Part shown: piece after piece, positions 33,001 through 46,913 of the stretch
Layout of the letters: each line of letters starts with the position of its first letter
How positions within the stretch are numbered: position 1 is the first letter of the stretch
Assembly: GCA_046563655.1 (NCBI GenBank)
Contig: CM102284.1
Coordinates: forward strand, 9,238,001 to 9,302,000
From: Yuukianura sp. NJ FZ-2021
Taxonomy: Eukaryota
Length of the DNA stretch: 64,000 bases
Direction: 5' to 3'
Made by a program: the position numbers and the translations under genes
Notes under the pieces: model-generated
What the model was told of the DNA's origin: nothing
The model's database searches: none
The model's input: the letters and a program-made list of their open reading frames with translations, nothing else

Positions 33001-35609
33001 TCCTCTGCTTGGTTGAGTTTTTGAGAAGCCAATTTCTTAATGGACTTTTGCCAAAACGGAAAGTGTGAAAAGTGTTTAAAATTAGGAAAGTTTTGGAAGA
33101 AAAGCTACACAGTACTGCTCATAAATCAAGTTGAAGGGAGTAACTATTCCGAAACACTCAAGTGACGGAACAACACCGTCAATACTCAAACACACTTCAA
33201 ACTAAAGCTATCCAAAATTTAGCTTTTGAAAACTCAACTTTTCAAAAAAAAAGTCCGACTTTCTCCAGTGTTTTGGCTCATTAGGCTCCCGGAGAAAGTC
33301 GGAGTGAAAGTCAACAAAAGCCGCCGCAAATCCCGGAAATGAAACCTAAAAAAGAGGATTTGGAGCTCCTCTTGCGTTTCTCCACGCTTGACCTCGTGAC
33401 CTTTCCTCTAAAAACATACTAAACCCCATGGGGTCCATCTTTAATTTTCCAGGTGAAGGGATTCGAACGGCGGGAACTGGTCAGTTGTGGGTTGAAATTG
33501 AGCGGACGCTCTGTCCACATCACCACATCGATCATTGTCACACAGGGACACTCAAGGGCTCATCCACTCAAAAGCCTCTTCATCCTCCGAAGAACGGAAT
33601 TTTCCATTAGATTTAATGATTCCATGTAATAAGGTCGAAATAATTTGGTCGCAAGTAATAAGGTCGCAGGTAATAAGGTCGCAAGTAATAAGGTCGCAAA
33701 GTGAAAAGATCGCAAGTGAAATGATCGCAATGTAAAAAGATCGCAATATGAAAAGGTCGAAAAGTAAATTGGTCGGAAGTAAAATGGTCGCAACAGCAAA
33801 TGGTCGAAAAATAAAAAGATCGAAAAACTTGATAATTTCTGAAAACCTATTATTATCGTTGTTATATTTAAATAACCTAACGCGCGCCTTCGGCGCGGTG
33901 ACATAGGGCACAATTTATGTTATCCAATCATTACACAATAGAAATTCTGATGCTGTATGTCAAATTCACATTGCTAATGCCAAAATTAATTAACCGATCT
34001 TATATAAAAGGAGGTATTGCCGTCAAAAACGGGTTTCAGAGTCGGAATCTACGACAAAAGATTAATATAAAAAAAATTAATTACTAAAAAATATCATATC
34101 TTTTTTTCGACCTTTTTATGTTTCGACCATTTGTTGTTGCGACCATTTTACTTCCGACCAATTTACTTTTCGACCTTTTCATATTGCGATCTTTTTACAT
34201 TGCGATCATTTCACTTGCGATCTTTTCACTTTGTGACCTTGTTACTTGCGACCTTATTACCTGCGACCTTATTACTTGCGACCAAATTATTTCGACCAAA
34301 TTACCTGCTACGGATTTAATTTGAGTTGTGAGATGACAGTGACGAAGGCCCTCAAAAAATGTAAGGAGAAGACATTGACATGATAAAGTGGACTTCAACT
34401 GACACTGACATTTGTCAACAAAACCAAATCCAATACGCAAACTTTCCTCGTGGACACAGAGCATCGTTTCCATTAAACTTTCGATCTCAATTTGAAAAGA
34501 AAAGAAACAGTTTTTCAAAAAAAGTTGTTTCGGAGCAACAGTGGAAGTGATCCAGTGTGAATGTGAACTTTGAGTCCCGTGTCCATGTCAACTCTAACTC
34601 TTAGAACCCTGTATTTTGAAAAGTGAAAGTTGAGAAAGAAAGTTTGGCTTGTGGGAAATGGGATTTGGAGGGAATTTGTTAAGAAGAAGTGACAGGCGGA
34701 ACGGCCATTGAGTCAAGTGGACCACTTTACCTCTCCCCCCGGGCTAACAGCCCAACCTTAACATGTTAGCCTAATCTTAACCTAATGTTAGCCTAGCCTT
34801 AACCTAATGTTAGCCTAATCTTAACCTAAGATTAGGAAAATTGAGTCTTACCTATGGGATCCACATGCGACAGATGATCCACAAAGTCACGCTTCCCAAG
34901 GTACACAGTTATCTGCCAAACACAAAAAATACATAAGATGTTTTACTCAAAAATACAAATCAGTTTCTTTCTCTTCTCTATCTCTATGCAGTTCAAATGA
35001 AAATTGTGTCATAAGTCACCAACTAGCTGTTGCTTCAAATTCAAAAGAAAAATTAAAAATTGAGTTTTATGAACTCTAGTTTTCTTTTTCAATTAAAAAG
35101 AAAGTTTGATTTGAAAAGAAAAGTTTGCCGCTTTCTCCAGTTTTGTAATAAAAGTCGACAAGTCATTTTCAGGAATTTAAGAAACACAAGAACAACGGAA
35201 TAAGAGCGGAGAAATGTAAATGTCAATTTTATTTTTTTGAAGTTAATTTTCAATTTGAACTTCAAACTCTCACGAGTACTGTTTCTTCTGTTCAAAAACT
35301 GAACAAAAGTGAAAGTTGAAGAGAGAAAACTTCGTAATCAAGTTCCGTTTTTTTCTATTCTTGGAAAACATGGAAAGAGTTTTCAATTTCTCAAAAAAAA
35401 ATGTTAAAGAAAAGAAGAAAAAGTGCTCTTTTCAACAAATGTCAAATTTGAATTCAAAAGGCCCAAATCAAGTAAAAATTAAAAAGTCAGTTTTTGAAAA
35501 GAGAAAGCTGTTTTTGATTTTAATAGGAAAAGTTTAGAAGTACCTTGCCATTTGGTGAGCTCTTTTTGAAGACTCTCGTGCCCTGCCTTTTGCTATTGTT
35601 TTCTTCCAT
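27067..35609 (-). CDS. ARRB: Beta-arrestin (kurtz-like)
   Basis: [22 protein letters not shown] (35609-35544) / [20 protein letters not shown] (~34913-34851) / [31 protein letters not shown] / ..[20 protein letters not shown].. / [25 protein letters not shown].. / [19 protein letters not shown].. / [20 protein letters not shown]. Confidence 0.96.
32031..32068 (+). repeat. G13-TTAGGTTAGGTTAG-A-G10 tract (G-quadruplex-capable) in an arrestin intron
   Basis: Read directly from sequence. Confidence 0.8.
33618..34312. mobile_element. Foldback-type MITE (~695 bp) with ~210-bp TIRs built from 15-bp subrepeats; 8-bp TSD
   Basis: (GTAATAAGGTCGCAA)-like units at 33626-33825 mirrored at ~34103-34304. 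GATTTAAT at 33610-33617 and 34313-34320, equidistant from the TIRs. Internal hairpin CGCGCCTTCGGCGCG near 33883. Confidence 0.9.
34763..34836. repeat. 22-bp tandem repeat (AACCTAATGTTAGCCTAATCTT), ~3.5 copies, beside the arrestin exon-2 donor
   Basis: Read directly from sequence. Confidence 0.8.
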
Positions 35610-38600
35610 GACCTCGTCAATATCGTGACCTCTTGACCTTTCAACCAAAAACTGAATTGACCTCTTGACCTTTCGGTTGCTTGCAAAGTTTTCCGCTCAA
35701 TTCTTCTGGAAAAGTTGGAATTCCTTGAAGAATTTTGAAATTTCTGTGAAACACGTTCTCCAAAACGTGAGTTCTTTCAAAAACCGTTGACTTTTGTCTG
35801 TTCTTGCAAAATTTAATTGAAGTTGGAGACATGCAGAAATTTGAGCAGCGATTTGTAATGGAGCTCCAGCGAAATTTGTGTGACCCGAATCGCTTTCAGC
35901 GCTCCCGTTCCAGCGCTTAGAAGGTGACACTGGAGCTGTTCACTGGGTCACCATGGTTTCTGGAACATTTGTTTTGGAAGATGAAAGTGTTGAGGTTTTG
36001 GATTTCGAAGTGTGCGGGATGCTCCAGAAGTGAGCCAATTCCAGCGATTCAGCGATTGAGGAGCTGCTGTCGTGCTCTCCAAACTTCAACTGGAGTCGGA
36101 TGGGCTGGAACTGTGGAGTGTGGAGTTGGGTAAGCCTTAGACTGAGACTCTAACGTGGGCTGGAAGCCTTGAGTTCTGGAGGAGACTCCAGGAAAATCGA
36201 TCTTCTTAGCATCCAGCAACCAACAACACTCTTCTGCCAACTCGATATATGTCTCAAGTCCACTCCTTCTTCACTTTCAACTAAAAACAGACAAAAAACA
36301 GACTTTTACGTTCATTTTTCTCTTGAAAAGAGTCACATTCTAATGAAACATAACCTAATAGCTCAGTCTAGCCTAATTTTTAGACTTTTAGTAAAAAAAT
36401 AGCCTACCCAACTTTTTAGAAGTTGCTCTTTTGACACTTTTTATGAAAAAGTGCAATTAAAGTGACTCTGGGTGTCACTTGTTGGGTAAATTTTCATGGA
36501 AAGAGAAAGTGCGAGAGAAAGCGTAAGTTTTTGGAATCCAATCAAATCTGGATTTCCATGAAATCATACCGGAGTCGCTTCATGAATCCTGATTCTGTCG
36601 ATATTTCAGAAAACGAGAAAGTGTGTCCTTTCTGTTCCGAAAATAAAGTGGAAATGGAAATTTTTCAAAAATCTCATCTTTCAAAATCAAAATCCCCACC
36701 AGCACTTCTGTTTTCTTGGAAAGTATCTCCGGATTTTGCTTTTAGAGAGAAAATGCTGCTCCAGCATACTCCAATTTCCTGGATTTCCAAATGAGAACAC
36801 CAATTTTGACAAAAATAATGAAGTTATGTCTCCACTTTCCAATTTTCCAAACTCCACTTTCTCCCCATAACATGACACACACTTTTCATTATCTCAAAGG
36901 TCAAAGGTCAACCTTTCTAAACATTTAACAAACATTTTTAGAAAAAAGCTAGAATTATGAAATGGATTTTGAAAAAATAAAGATCGTGTGACGCTGAGAT
37001 TGACAAAGGTAAAGAGAAAGTCACGTTCTTCGCTCCATTAGGAATTGGAAACTTTCTCTTTTTATTTAGACTTCCACCGCCTCTGTTTAAAATTCAAAAA
37101 AGGAAGTTTAGTTTTATTAAATTTTGAAAAGGCTTCAAGAAAATGCCGAGAGCTCTTGAATTGTGAAATTCATAAAAGCTGTGGATGAAAGTTGGAAGAA
37201 TGCCAACGGGGTTTCCAGAGTGGCCGAAAACTTAAAATTATGAAGAGAAGTTATGGATTTTTTTCTCTTTTTTGAAGATGTTTGCCAAATAAAGTGGTGT
37301 TACATGAACAACTTTTTAGAGTTTAGGCTTTTGCTAAATGTCAATGCACGTTGTCGGTTCCATGAAAATTGAGACGACCTTTGACCTTTTGTTTGATCAA
37401 AGGCGATGACTATGGAGTTATTCAGTTGTAATGTGGTTAAAAAGCAGAAGAGCAAACAACAGAGAAAGTGACACGGTACTAAAAGTCCAATTTTGTCCAA
37501 AAAATATAAAAATTGGGATCGATTTTTCCAAAAAATGACTTTTGCGTCTATCAACCAACACGAAAAAGCCAGAATTCGGAGTGGATCGTTTCAACTCCGG
37601 TCAATAAAAACACAAATTACAAGCTGCTAGTTAAAAAAATGTTAAAAACTAAATTAAAAATACCATAATAGAGACGTTGTGAAATACAGACTGTCACATA
37701 CAGTACAATAGACACGTTGTAAAATTTGGACACTTTGTTGTGAAGTGTAGCGAGAGACTATGAATTACTGCCAAACTTCAATTGGTCTTAATTAAAATGT
37801 AGAAGGATGTGACGAGTGGAATGACAATGAGGGGAAAGTCATTTCCTTTCGTTTAAACACAAATTAAATCCTGCCTCTTTTACAATTTCTGGAAACAACG
37901 ACTCCCCTGCCTACACACTTCAGAGACAAAGAGACTGCGTCCAGTGCTACTACATGCATGGTTGCTAGGAGACTCATTTCCAATCAGTTTTATGACTTTC
38001 AATTCATGGATTCTCCAGTTTCCCAAAGGACACAAAAGAAACTACTATTTGTAACTGTTGCACATTGTGTTTTCAAAAAGTTACGTCGATTCGGACCCAA
38101 TTACGTCCAAAAACCCAGGTCGAAACAAACGCAAGTTGATGCAAAAATTTACAGACCGGGAAATACCGGTTTGGCTTTAAAAAAAATCGATACGTCCGTT
38201 TTCGGGTTTTTAGAAAAGCGTGTCTGTACTCTTTAAAAATGATTCGGCGGAATGAAAAAGGAGGAGGAATTTGCAGATCTTTGCTAAAATTGTAAAGTGA
38301 AGAAAGACAAATAAAGTGTTGCGATGTGGATTCCTGAAGCTCTCTCCTCCACATGTCAAATGTCATGTCCAAGTCAAGAAACATCGTCATTCATGGATCT
38401 ATATACAATGCAAATACTCTAAAAACCTCCCAAGCCTGCAAACCTTCAACATTTTTGTATTGCAAAAAACTGAGAGTTATAGGCGAATAACTTACAAGGA
38501 AAAGGAAAGTGTTTAGCTTACTTTTTAGCACAAATAGGCGATAAATTGTTTGTTTTATCCCCAGAATGGCATGACCCAGCCGACCTCTCAAACTGCGTGT

Positions 38601-39766
38601 CCACAGGGAGCAAGAAAGACTATGAACAATGAATTTATAGGCTTCTCGGGTTTTACCGTGCGACACTTGACCACTTTTTAGTAGAAACTAAAAACCGCAA
38701 ATTGAGGACAGGGCGTAGCGTTGTAGCGGATGACGACAGAAACCCGAATTCAGAATTTGCAAAGCTAATTATCCTTAGAATCTAATTGACTTCTTTACAT
38801 TATTTTCCTCTTGACTTTGCGTCACTTCCTGCTCCAACGGATTATGCCTCTGCTCGACTGAAAAGTGAGCATGTATCAAATTACACTCAAAAGGTAACGA
38901 AGTTGCAAAAAGTAGGACCACGGATACCTCAGATGAAGATGATGGAGGGAGTAACTACAGTCAGAGATCGTGAGATGATCAAAATGCAGGATAAAAGAAC
39001 AACGACACTACACGTAATCTTCTTCCCAGAACTAAAAACCGTATCCGTCACCATCACACTTTCATTTTTTCCACACCTTCAATTTCCAATTTCACAAAAA
39101 GAAAAAAAGTTTAGGCAAACTGTCTAATACAAAAACCCGAGTCATATAAAATCTAATCAAAAGTCATAAAGTTGAACCTCCTATGTGCCGTATGAAATCA
39201 ATTAAATGACGCAAATGAGAAATGACAAACTTACCGTGCTAAATTTTGAGCAGACGCAAATTCCAGTTTCGATTTCGATTACTTTGTAAGTAAATTAACC
39301 CGAATAATCCAAACCTGCTGCTTTGTTCACTTGAACTGACGTTAAAAACTCAAATTTAACACGAAAAACAGCGAGTTTTGAGGAAGTAAGTTACAAAACT
39401 GCTCACTTTTACTCAAAAGTAGAAGAAAAGTAAGTAAGGAATGGAATTTGAAGCCTGCTTTGTGTAAATCTAAGAATAAACTTGGAATATTTGAGGTTGG
39501 ATTTAAACTTTGTGTTTGGTCTTACCACACTTTTGTCTTTTCCTCTCAAAATATTCAGCGGAACTGAGAGAGAGAAGTGTGAATTGGTGAGGAAATGAGC
39601 AAAAGCAGGATTTACAACAGTAGTACACGGAGCTATAGGCACTTAGGGGTGTTTAGATTTTTGAAAATCCTAATTGTAAATTCCTAACTGAAAACAAAAA
39701 GGAATTTGGGAACAAAACTTACAAAGTATGATGGAAATTATTGTTAATTTTCTAGCCTAAAACTTA

Positions 39767-42468
39767 CTACTTTCCGTTTTCACTTTGCAAAACACTCATT
39801 TGGTTACCGAACCACTTGACCATTTGGAGAACATTGGGAGCGACAGCTTCTGCTTTGACCTTGTCCAGACTCGCCATGAAATCTTGACCTCTGTCTCTCG
39901 GTTCCAGCAGAATCGGTGTCAGAGCCTCCGAGGTCATGGCTGAGAATGAGTTGAGGTCATTGAGGAGGTCATGGAGTTTGGCTTTGCAAATGTCAGCCAA
40001 TTCGGTTCCACTGGCGCATGACAGTTCCAGTTCACTTGTAGAGTAAGCCTCCAGAGCATCCAGTTCATTCACAAAAATAGAAGGGAAGATCGGGTTGTCC
40101 GATGCATCGGGAGACATGAAGAATCGGAACACGTCGTTCAAAATGTCGCCATTCCAGGTCTGCATTTTCAGTTGTTGGTCGGTGTGCTTCAAATGTGGCA
40201 GCGAACGTCTCGGGGTAGCTCTAAATTAAAAACAAAAGTTATGAAATTGTTTGACTTTTGTGAAATTTCGTGAAATGAATTTTATTGATGTTAGAGTCAT
40301 ACTTGCACAAAAGGCAGCAGAACGCATCCATTACTACAAGAGAGTTGCTCAAAACGACCATCACCCAGAGATGAACCGGCGGGAAGACATAAAATGGTTG
40401 GTTCTTGATCAGGGCCATTGAATTGTTCAGCTGAAACAATCAAGGTCAATCGAAACTTTCACAAATTTTGGAATTTTGATTCGATTTTTCGGAATTTCAA
40501 TTATCAATTTCAAATAATCCGAAAAAAAGTGGGCCTTACTTCTGTGTAAGTATCGCAGCAGTGGATGAGAAAGTTCAAATCGTTGTGCCCAGCATCGTAG
40601 GACAACTGGCCTACTAAACTGTCGATAAATTGGAGCAAGTATCCGACAGCATCTTTGATGCTGCCAAGTACAGTTGGATTGTTGTCTTCCATTGCCGATT
40701 GCAAGTCCAGCATCCAGTCAATCGCAAGTTTTTTCAAGGTTGACCAAACTCTCATCCTGTCTTCAGGTGCTCCATACAGAAACAGTGTTTCCAGTTTTTG
40801 TAGAATATGCAAATATCCATCTACAATCACAATTCAATTAACAATTAACTCTTAAGTTACAACTTAACTTCGAAGTTTTACGTTCCAACTTACCTGTGAA
40901 TTGTATTGGCGGCAACCACTCCAGCAGTTGAAAAATTTCGCGTTTGAACAAATGTCCGTCCCACGTCCGCATGAATCTGAGCAGCCAGTCGGTCACAGCT
41001 GGAATTCCTTTTCGATCGATCACCGTCACTTCCCAGGCTCTTCTCAGGATAAATCTATGCCGAGCTTCGTCTTCTGGAGCAAAACTATCAAATTCTAAAC
41101 AGCAAAAACAGTCATTGAACAAACGTTTTTGAACCGTTTTTCTAAAACCTGAAAACGTTTTTCCAAAACCGTTTTGTTCTTACTGTGCTGGAGAATGAGA
41201 GCCATGAAATTGTTGAAGCAATCGTAGACTCCTTGGTCATTCACAATGAACGGAAGGCTCTCGGTTGTTTTCAAGGCACATCGCATCTGGTTGTATTTGC
41301 TCATTTTCAGGATCCTGCAGCAAACCAATTACTAATTAGTTTTCAAACTGTAGAATTAGTGAAAATTTAGTTGCTTACGCAATGTAGTCATCAGGATCAG
41401 GATCTCCAGAACGATGAAGACGAAACTCCGGAAAGCAAGTTTCGTTCAACTTGTGTAGAAACTTTTGAACTTTTTCAAATTCAACTTGAGCTTGAGCAGT
41501 GTTCCTTTCCTTGCCCAAGGACAGGGTTTCCTCTGGTTCCGGCGAATCGTCAACCCCCAGCACTCGTTTCCGGGCAGTGAACAGTGCTGTTCGAAGGGAT
41601 TCGTCCACTACCAACTTCTTACTCGCTCCGATTGGGATGCTGAGGATGTTCTGCGGGATGAGTTTCGGTTTAAGGCTTTTGAAAACTCTAAAATACAAAC
41701 GACACAAGAACGATTTTCAGAAATGGTAGCTTTTAGTTGGAGAAATGAGACAAGGTGTGAACGAACCGTAAGAGCTCAATAACTGCTTTGAGAACTGGAA
41801 CAGGAATGGTTGGTTTGGAGGCCAAGTCGATCATGTCATTGACGAAACTCTTGGAAACTAGTTCCGGAGTAGAGATTCTCTTCAGTAAGGCACAGATCCA
41901 AGGGATCTAGTAGACAAAAAGAAAAGATAAACTTAGCCAAAAATGACAAAAGCATTGAACATTGGAGATTGATTTGTGTAAGTTTAACGTACGATTTCAT
42001 TTGACCGTCCAGCAAAGAAGATGCGGCAGTACACGTCATACTCACTAAACGTTTCCTTGTCGCATAAATTATAGTCCAGCAATCCTAGAACAAAGAAAAT
42101 CAGAATCAGCCATACCATCAGTCGCTCAAAATCAGTGACTCTTACAATGAAAAACGTTCCTTAATCTTACCCGTCAAGTATTTTAAAGCCGTGACCTTAG
42201 ATTTGGGCTTAAACTGTGACAAGTGGACGATCATTTTGCGGACGATGTTCCTGGATACTTTCTGTTCTTTGGGAATCATGGTAAGGATAAGTTTGGACAC
42301 AAAAGTGTCAGCAGCAGTGGATGAATTGGCCAGTAGACTCCAAATTCTGATCAAATCGTCTGCGTCAACCCCATTGGCCGCTGCCTCCTTGTCATCCCAT
42401 TCAGCCGCTCTTTCCTTCCATTCTGCCGGTTTTAGCCGCTCAGGCTCCGGATGACGAGTGCGAGTCAT
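39767..42468 (-). CDS. CENPI: Centromere protein I (Mis6 family); 3' end approximate
   Basis: AANGVDADDLIRIWSLL..KLILTMIPKEQKV..KVTALKYL..ICALLKRISTPELV..MIDL..LKAVIELLRVFKSLKPKLI..LLRFMRTWDG..IFQLLEWLP..PPVHLW..MDAFCCLLC follows the recalled CENP-I pattern (NGLAPEEIDILL..ILKCMIP..VCHLLYLLT..LLSLYKFFAPALI..WDG). Confidence 0.75.
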
Positions 42469-42938
42469 TTCGATTAACTAATTAACCAATTAACTCGATT
42501 AATTCAATTGATGAAACTGTCTTTGTTTAGCTCTTTGCTTGGACCTTTTTGACTAAACTGAACTGAACTGACAAACAAACGGCAAACGGTAAAAAAACAT
42601 CTGAAGTTTGTACCGTGGATTTTCCCTCTACTAAAGAAGAGGGAAAGAGGCAAGATGAGACAATTTTTTTAGAATTCAGAATTCCTGAAATTTGGAGTTT
42701 GGAATTTCGAAATTTCGAAAGAAATATCGTTCCACTGACGATTTTAGGAATTTCGTGTCACGGCCTAATTTTAATTGCCCGTATTACTGTACTTTTCTGG
42801 TTAAAGCTATTCGTCAATATTTCAAACGTCAATTTTTGATTGTTTTTGTAGGGTGTGACTAATTCTCCGAATCGTCTGATAGTCCAATCTTTTTGTGGAT
42901 TCTGGAGTAAGTTGTGATTAATCGATTAATGTACAGGG

Positions 42939-45900
42939 TCATTCTTGGTTGGCGCTTGCGAACCACTGTGCCAAATAAGCCTCATTTGCTGTTCTCCATT
43001 CCACATTTGCTGTCATAGTGGAAATTGACCTCAGAAGCACTTCAAGGACGTCGCCCAATTGGGGCGTTCCTTCTGCCGTCGTCTTGAGCTAAAATTAGAA
43101 ACCGACTTAATTTAGTAACACAATTTGAATTTAAAAGCGGAAATTGGGAAATTACGTTGTCAATTTCGGTTTGCGACAGGACAAAGTTGTCCAGAGTTCG
43201 GTAGAAGTCGACCACTCCATCTACGGATACTGCTTCAATGACCTTTGCCGTGTTGGCGACATTGACAAAGTGTTCAATAGCAGATGAGCGACCAGCAACA
43301 GTATTTCCAGCGATTGACGAAAGGAGGGCACTTCGGTGAGCCTCAACAGTCACGGTTTGAGACTGCTCGTCAATATAAGTGAAAAGCCTAAGACAAAAAC
43401 ATCTTTTAAAAAATTGACTTGAACTTTGGTAGAATGTTGACCTGCTTACTGAGCAATGTTAGCAGCATCCTTGGAACAAGCGAGGGCATCCAGAAATCGG
43501 TACTTGTCATCCTCCAGCGCAGTGGTTCCATACTGCGCAAGCACATACTCGAAGTTGTCAATGTTGTCAACCGCGCTGCAAAGGACTGTCGACCTCACGT
43601 CAACTCGAATGGAGACACCGGTCCGCCAATTCGCGAATTCCACTTGTGCGTAAGCCAAACAATCAAGCGTTTCCAAAACGCAGGCCCAGTCGATGAGCTG
43701 ACTCTTCACGATCGCAATTGCACCTTAAATCGAATTAAATATTTTAATTTTAGATAAAATGTTATAGAATAATTATTATTTTAATTGGCTGAAGGCTGAC
43801 CTAGGTCTCCTGATGGAAGTGACATCCCTCCGAGTAGGGCAATCGCAGCGTGCAGCCTAGTCGACATGTAGCTCTAGGGATGACAAGGAATGACAATTGC
43901 CAGTTTTCAGAATTTTGTGCTGAAATGTTTCAAAATTGTGTGAAATGTTTCAGACTTCGGTCTGAACTTACGTTGAATTCGGTGTAGACTTGAGCCGGTC
44001 CAATCAATTTGTTCAAGTAGCCAGCTAGGTGGTAGAGGGCGGAGTGCCAGACGACTGGAGTTGCCTCCGCTCCCAAGTACTTCGTCAGCTCCAGAGCGTT
44101 GCCCATGTGAGTAAATCCTAAGTGAATTAATTTAAAACATTAAGTAAATTGAAACTTTTCAGTAAGTTCAAAATATTGACATTGACTCTGACCTTCAGCG
44201 ACAAACGTAAAGTAGTCGTCAAACAGCTGACTCCTGGCTACAGCTGGAAAGGCCGTGTGAAGCGTATCCAATTGTTTGAGCACAGCCTTGAACAAATCCG
44301 TATCGTACAGAACACGGTAGAATGCTATTGACAAAACCAAAATAAGAAGCAACTGGCCTTTGACCTTTGACCTTTGATGTGAAAACTGACCGTTTCCTTC
44401 AGGGTTAAGCAGAACCCACGTTGGTGTTGGGGTTTCCAAAGTGAAGCTCTTGACTGCGATTGATTTGTCAATGAATTCTGTTCGATCTTCTGCTGGGGTA
44501 GTGGAAGTTCTAAATCGCAGTGGCACTGTCCAAAGATGGTTGGGGTCAAGGGTGTGGTCATTCGAATATACAACGTTCGGTTTGAAACGTTCCTGCCACA
44601 AAAAAAAATTCGTTTAGGGTTTGAACGTTTGAAGTTTCAACAAGAATTTTCAGTTGAACAACTTTTCTACAAGTAAAACTGACCTGTGACACGAATATTT
44701 GTGTGTCGGAGACTTTGCTGACCCTGATGAGTGGAAATCCACTCTGAAGTGTCCACGTATCCATGATTTCCTTTAACGTTGTGTAACCGTGCTCCGCCAA
44801 CTTCTCCTTTACTCCGGCCTGGTCCAGCAGTACTTCAAATAGGTAATCTTGCTTTGTTGGTTGATTTTGTCTGTGAGAACAACAATCAGTTAAACGAATC
44901 CCAAATTAAATTAAACTAGTTTTAAAAATTAGATAAAAATTAAAAGTTTTAGGACAACCGTTTACCTCGCCTTTAGATACGCAACTACTCCCGCGTCGAA
45001 AGTCGTTTTAGTCATGAATTCTTCGAGCATTCTTAGGAGAGTTGCTCCCTTCTGGTACGAAATTGGGGAAAAGGCGCCGTCCATGATGTCGTTGAAGGTG
45101 GAATCTCCATCTGACAAGTTAATGACAGGATGAGTGGACTCACTTGCGTCATATATTAAACCGTACTGCGTTGACTCGTATTGCCGAATCTCAAAAGGCT
45201 CGAAATCAACTGCGTCTGGAAGACTGTTAACTCCATGGTACTGCATGTAGTCTGCGAACCCTTCGTTCATCCAAATCTGATCCCAGAATTCACAGGTCAC
45301 TGTGTTTCCAAACCACTGGTGAACCAATTCATGCGACAGGATTTCGTTGATCCCCAGACGATCGGATTCTGTAGTCTCTCCAGTGTAATACAACAAGTAC
45401 TCAGGCCTAAACAAATTCAAAAATCGTTTCAAATTCGTAAAACCAAAAAATTATAGAAGTTGAAGTTGTTGGATTAACCTGTAAGTATTGAGTCCCCAGT
45501 TCTCCATTGCTCCAGCCATGAAGTCCGGAATGGCTACGGAATCCATCTTGGGAAATGAGTATGGCATGTTAGTGTAACCGTTGAAGTAATGGATGATGCT
45601 GGCTGATTGATCAGCTGGGTATTTCCCACCGTTTCGCCCATCGGGATGAGGTAGAGCAAGGTGTGCTGGTCCGCAGGCCTGAAACGTCAAGGATGACACA
45701 ATAAATAACGAAATGAAGTGAGCGTTATCTTAACACGGATTGTTGAGCTCAATTTTTCATAGATATGTCAAAGTACCCGGACTGTTGGCGTGGGTGTGGG
45801 TATGGGGTTGACAGCAGCAGTGACACAACCATAGTCTGAAGTCTTGGCTACAACAAAAGCTACCAAGTAGGTTGACATAACCTCCGGCGTTTCTTCAAAC

Positions 45901-46913
45901 GTTGTCAAGGACCACCCCTTTGGAATGTTAGGATCACTGCAATAAAATTACTCAACTTAGCTTGATTGTGTGTATACTGAAATGTTCAAATTGGACTTTA
46001 CTCAGGAGTTGTAGGTGTGGCTCCAACTGTATTTCCATAAGCAGTGTAGTCTGGAGGATGTCCAATGGAAATAAGGAATTTGGCCTTGAGTTGTGGTTCA
46101 TCGAAGGAGGGAAATGCCTCTCTGGCTCCAAGTGGTTCGAACTGAGTAGTCGCCATCACTCTGGAAACGATCAAATGAGATTTAACTTCGGTTCAACGTT
46201 AAGTTAATTCAGTTCCTTACGATTCTTGCCCTGCTGGGGTGATGAATGAGCTTCGATAAATACCCCAGAGGTGGTCAGGGTCATTGTGGAGCTCCGTCTC
46301 AAAGGTCATCGCAATGTCGTACCAGGCGCCAACAATGAGAGGTGCGGGAATTTGATTTCGATTCAGAGTGATAACGTAGTCTTCCGGTCCTGAAGGTGCT
46401 CCAGTGTTTTCATCAAACGGTCCATTCGTATCCTCTTCCGTACCACCAACAACTGGCTTAACCTAGTAAAAAAACGTTTCAAAATCGATCGTCAATCGAT
46501 CTGTTCAGCTAATTGATTCGGGTAGAATTAGAAATTAGATTTGTACTGACCGTGCAGGTGTGGATGGTCATAAATTCGTTGAATGCATTGAGAGTAATGA
46601 AAAAGGCGGCGGTGACTGCCTCTACTCTGATCGTCACTGTGCCGTAAATTCTGTTCAAAAGGAATTGAGGATTGTCTGCTCCTGGTTCGATTAGAATTGG
46701 GGTCAACTGGACCGTGTACAAGTTCGGAGTGACATCATTGGGAAGTCTGCCTCGCGGGCCGTTGTCCGCCGCTGCCCGCTGTCCGCTTGCCTGCACTTTT
46801 CTTTGTTTGAGTGGCGTATGTCCTGTGAATCCGCGGTTGACCTTGACATGGAGTGGGCCACTGGCCAAGGTCACTGCCAACACAGTCCCCAGCAAAAGCA
46901 GAACGCCCTTCAT
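42939..46913 (-). CDS. M1 family zinc aminopeptidase (aminopeptidase N-like)
   Basis: Hydrophobic N-terminus, [99 protein letters not shown]; ends WFASANQE*. Confidence 0.95.

Noticed and set aside
33535-34518. ORFs with CDLIT or SQVIR pentapeptide repeats
   Set aside because: Translations of the MITE's 15-bp subrepeats.
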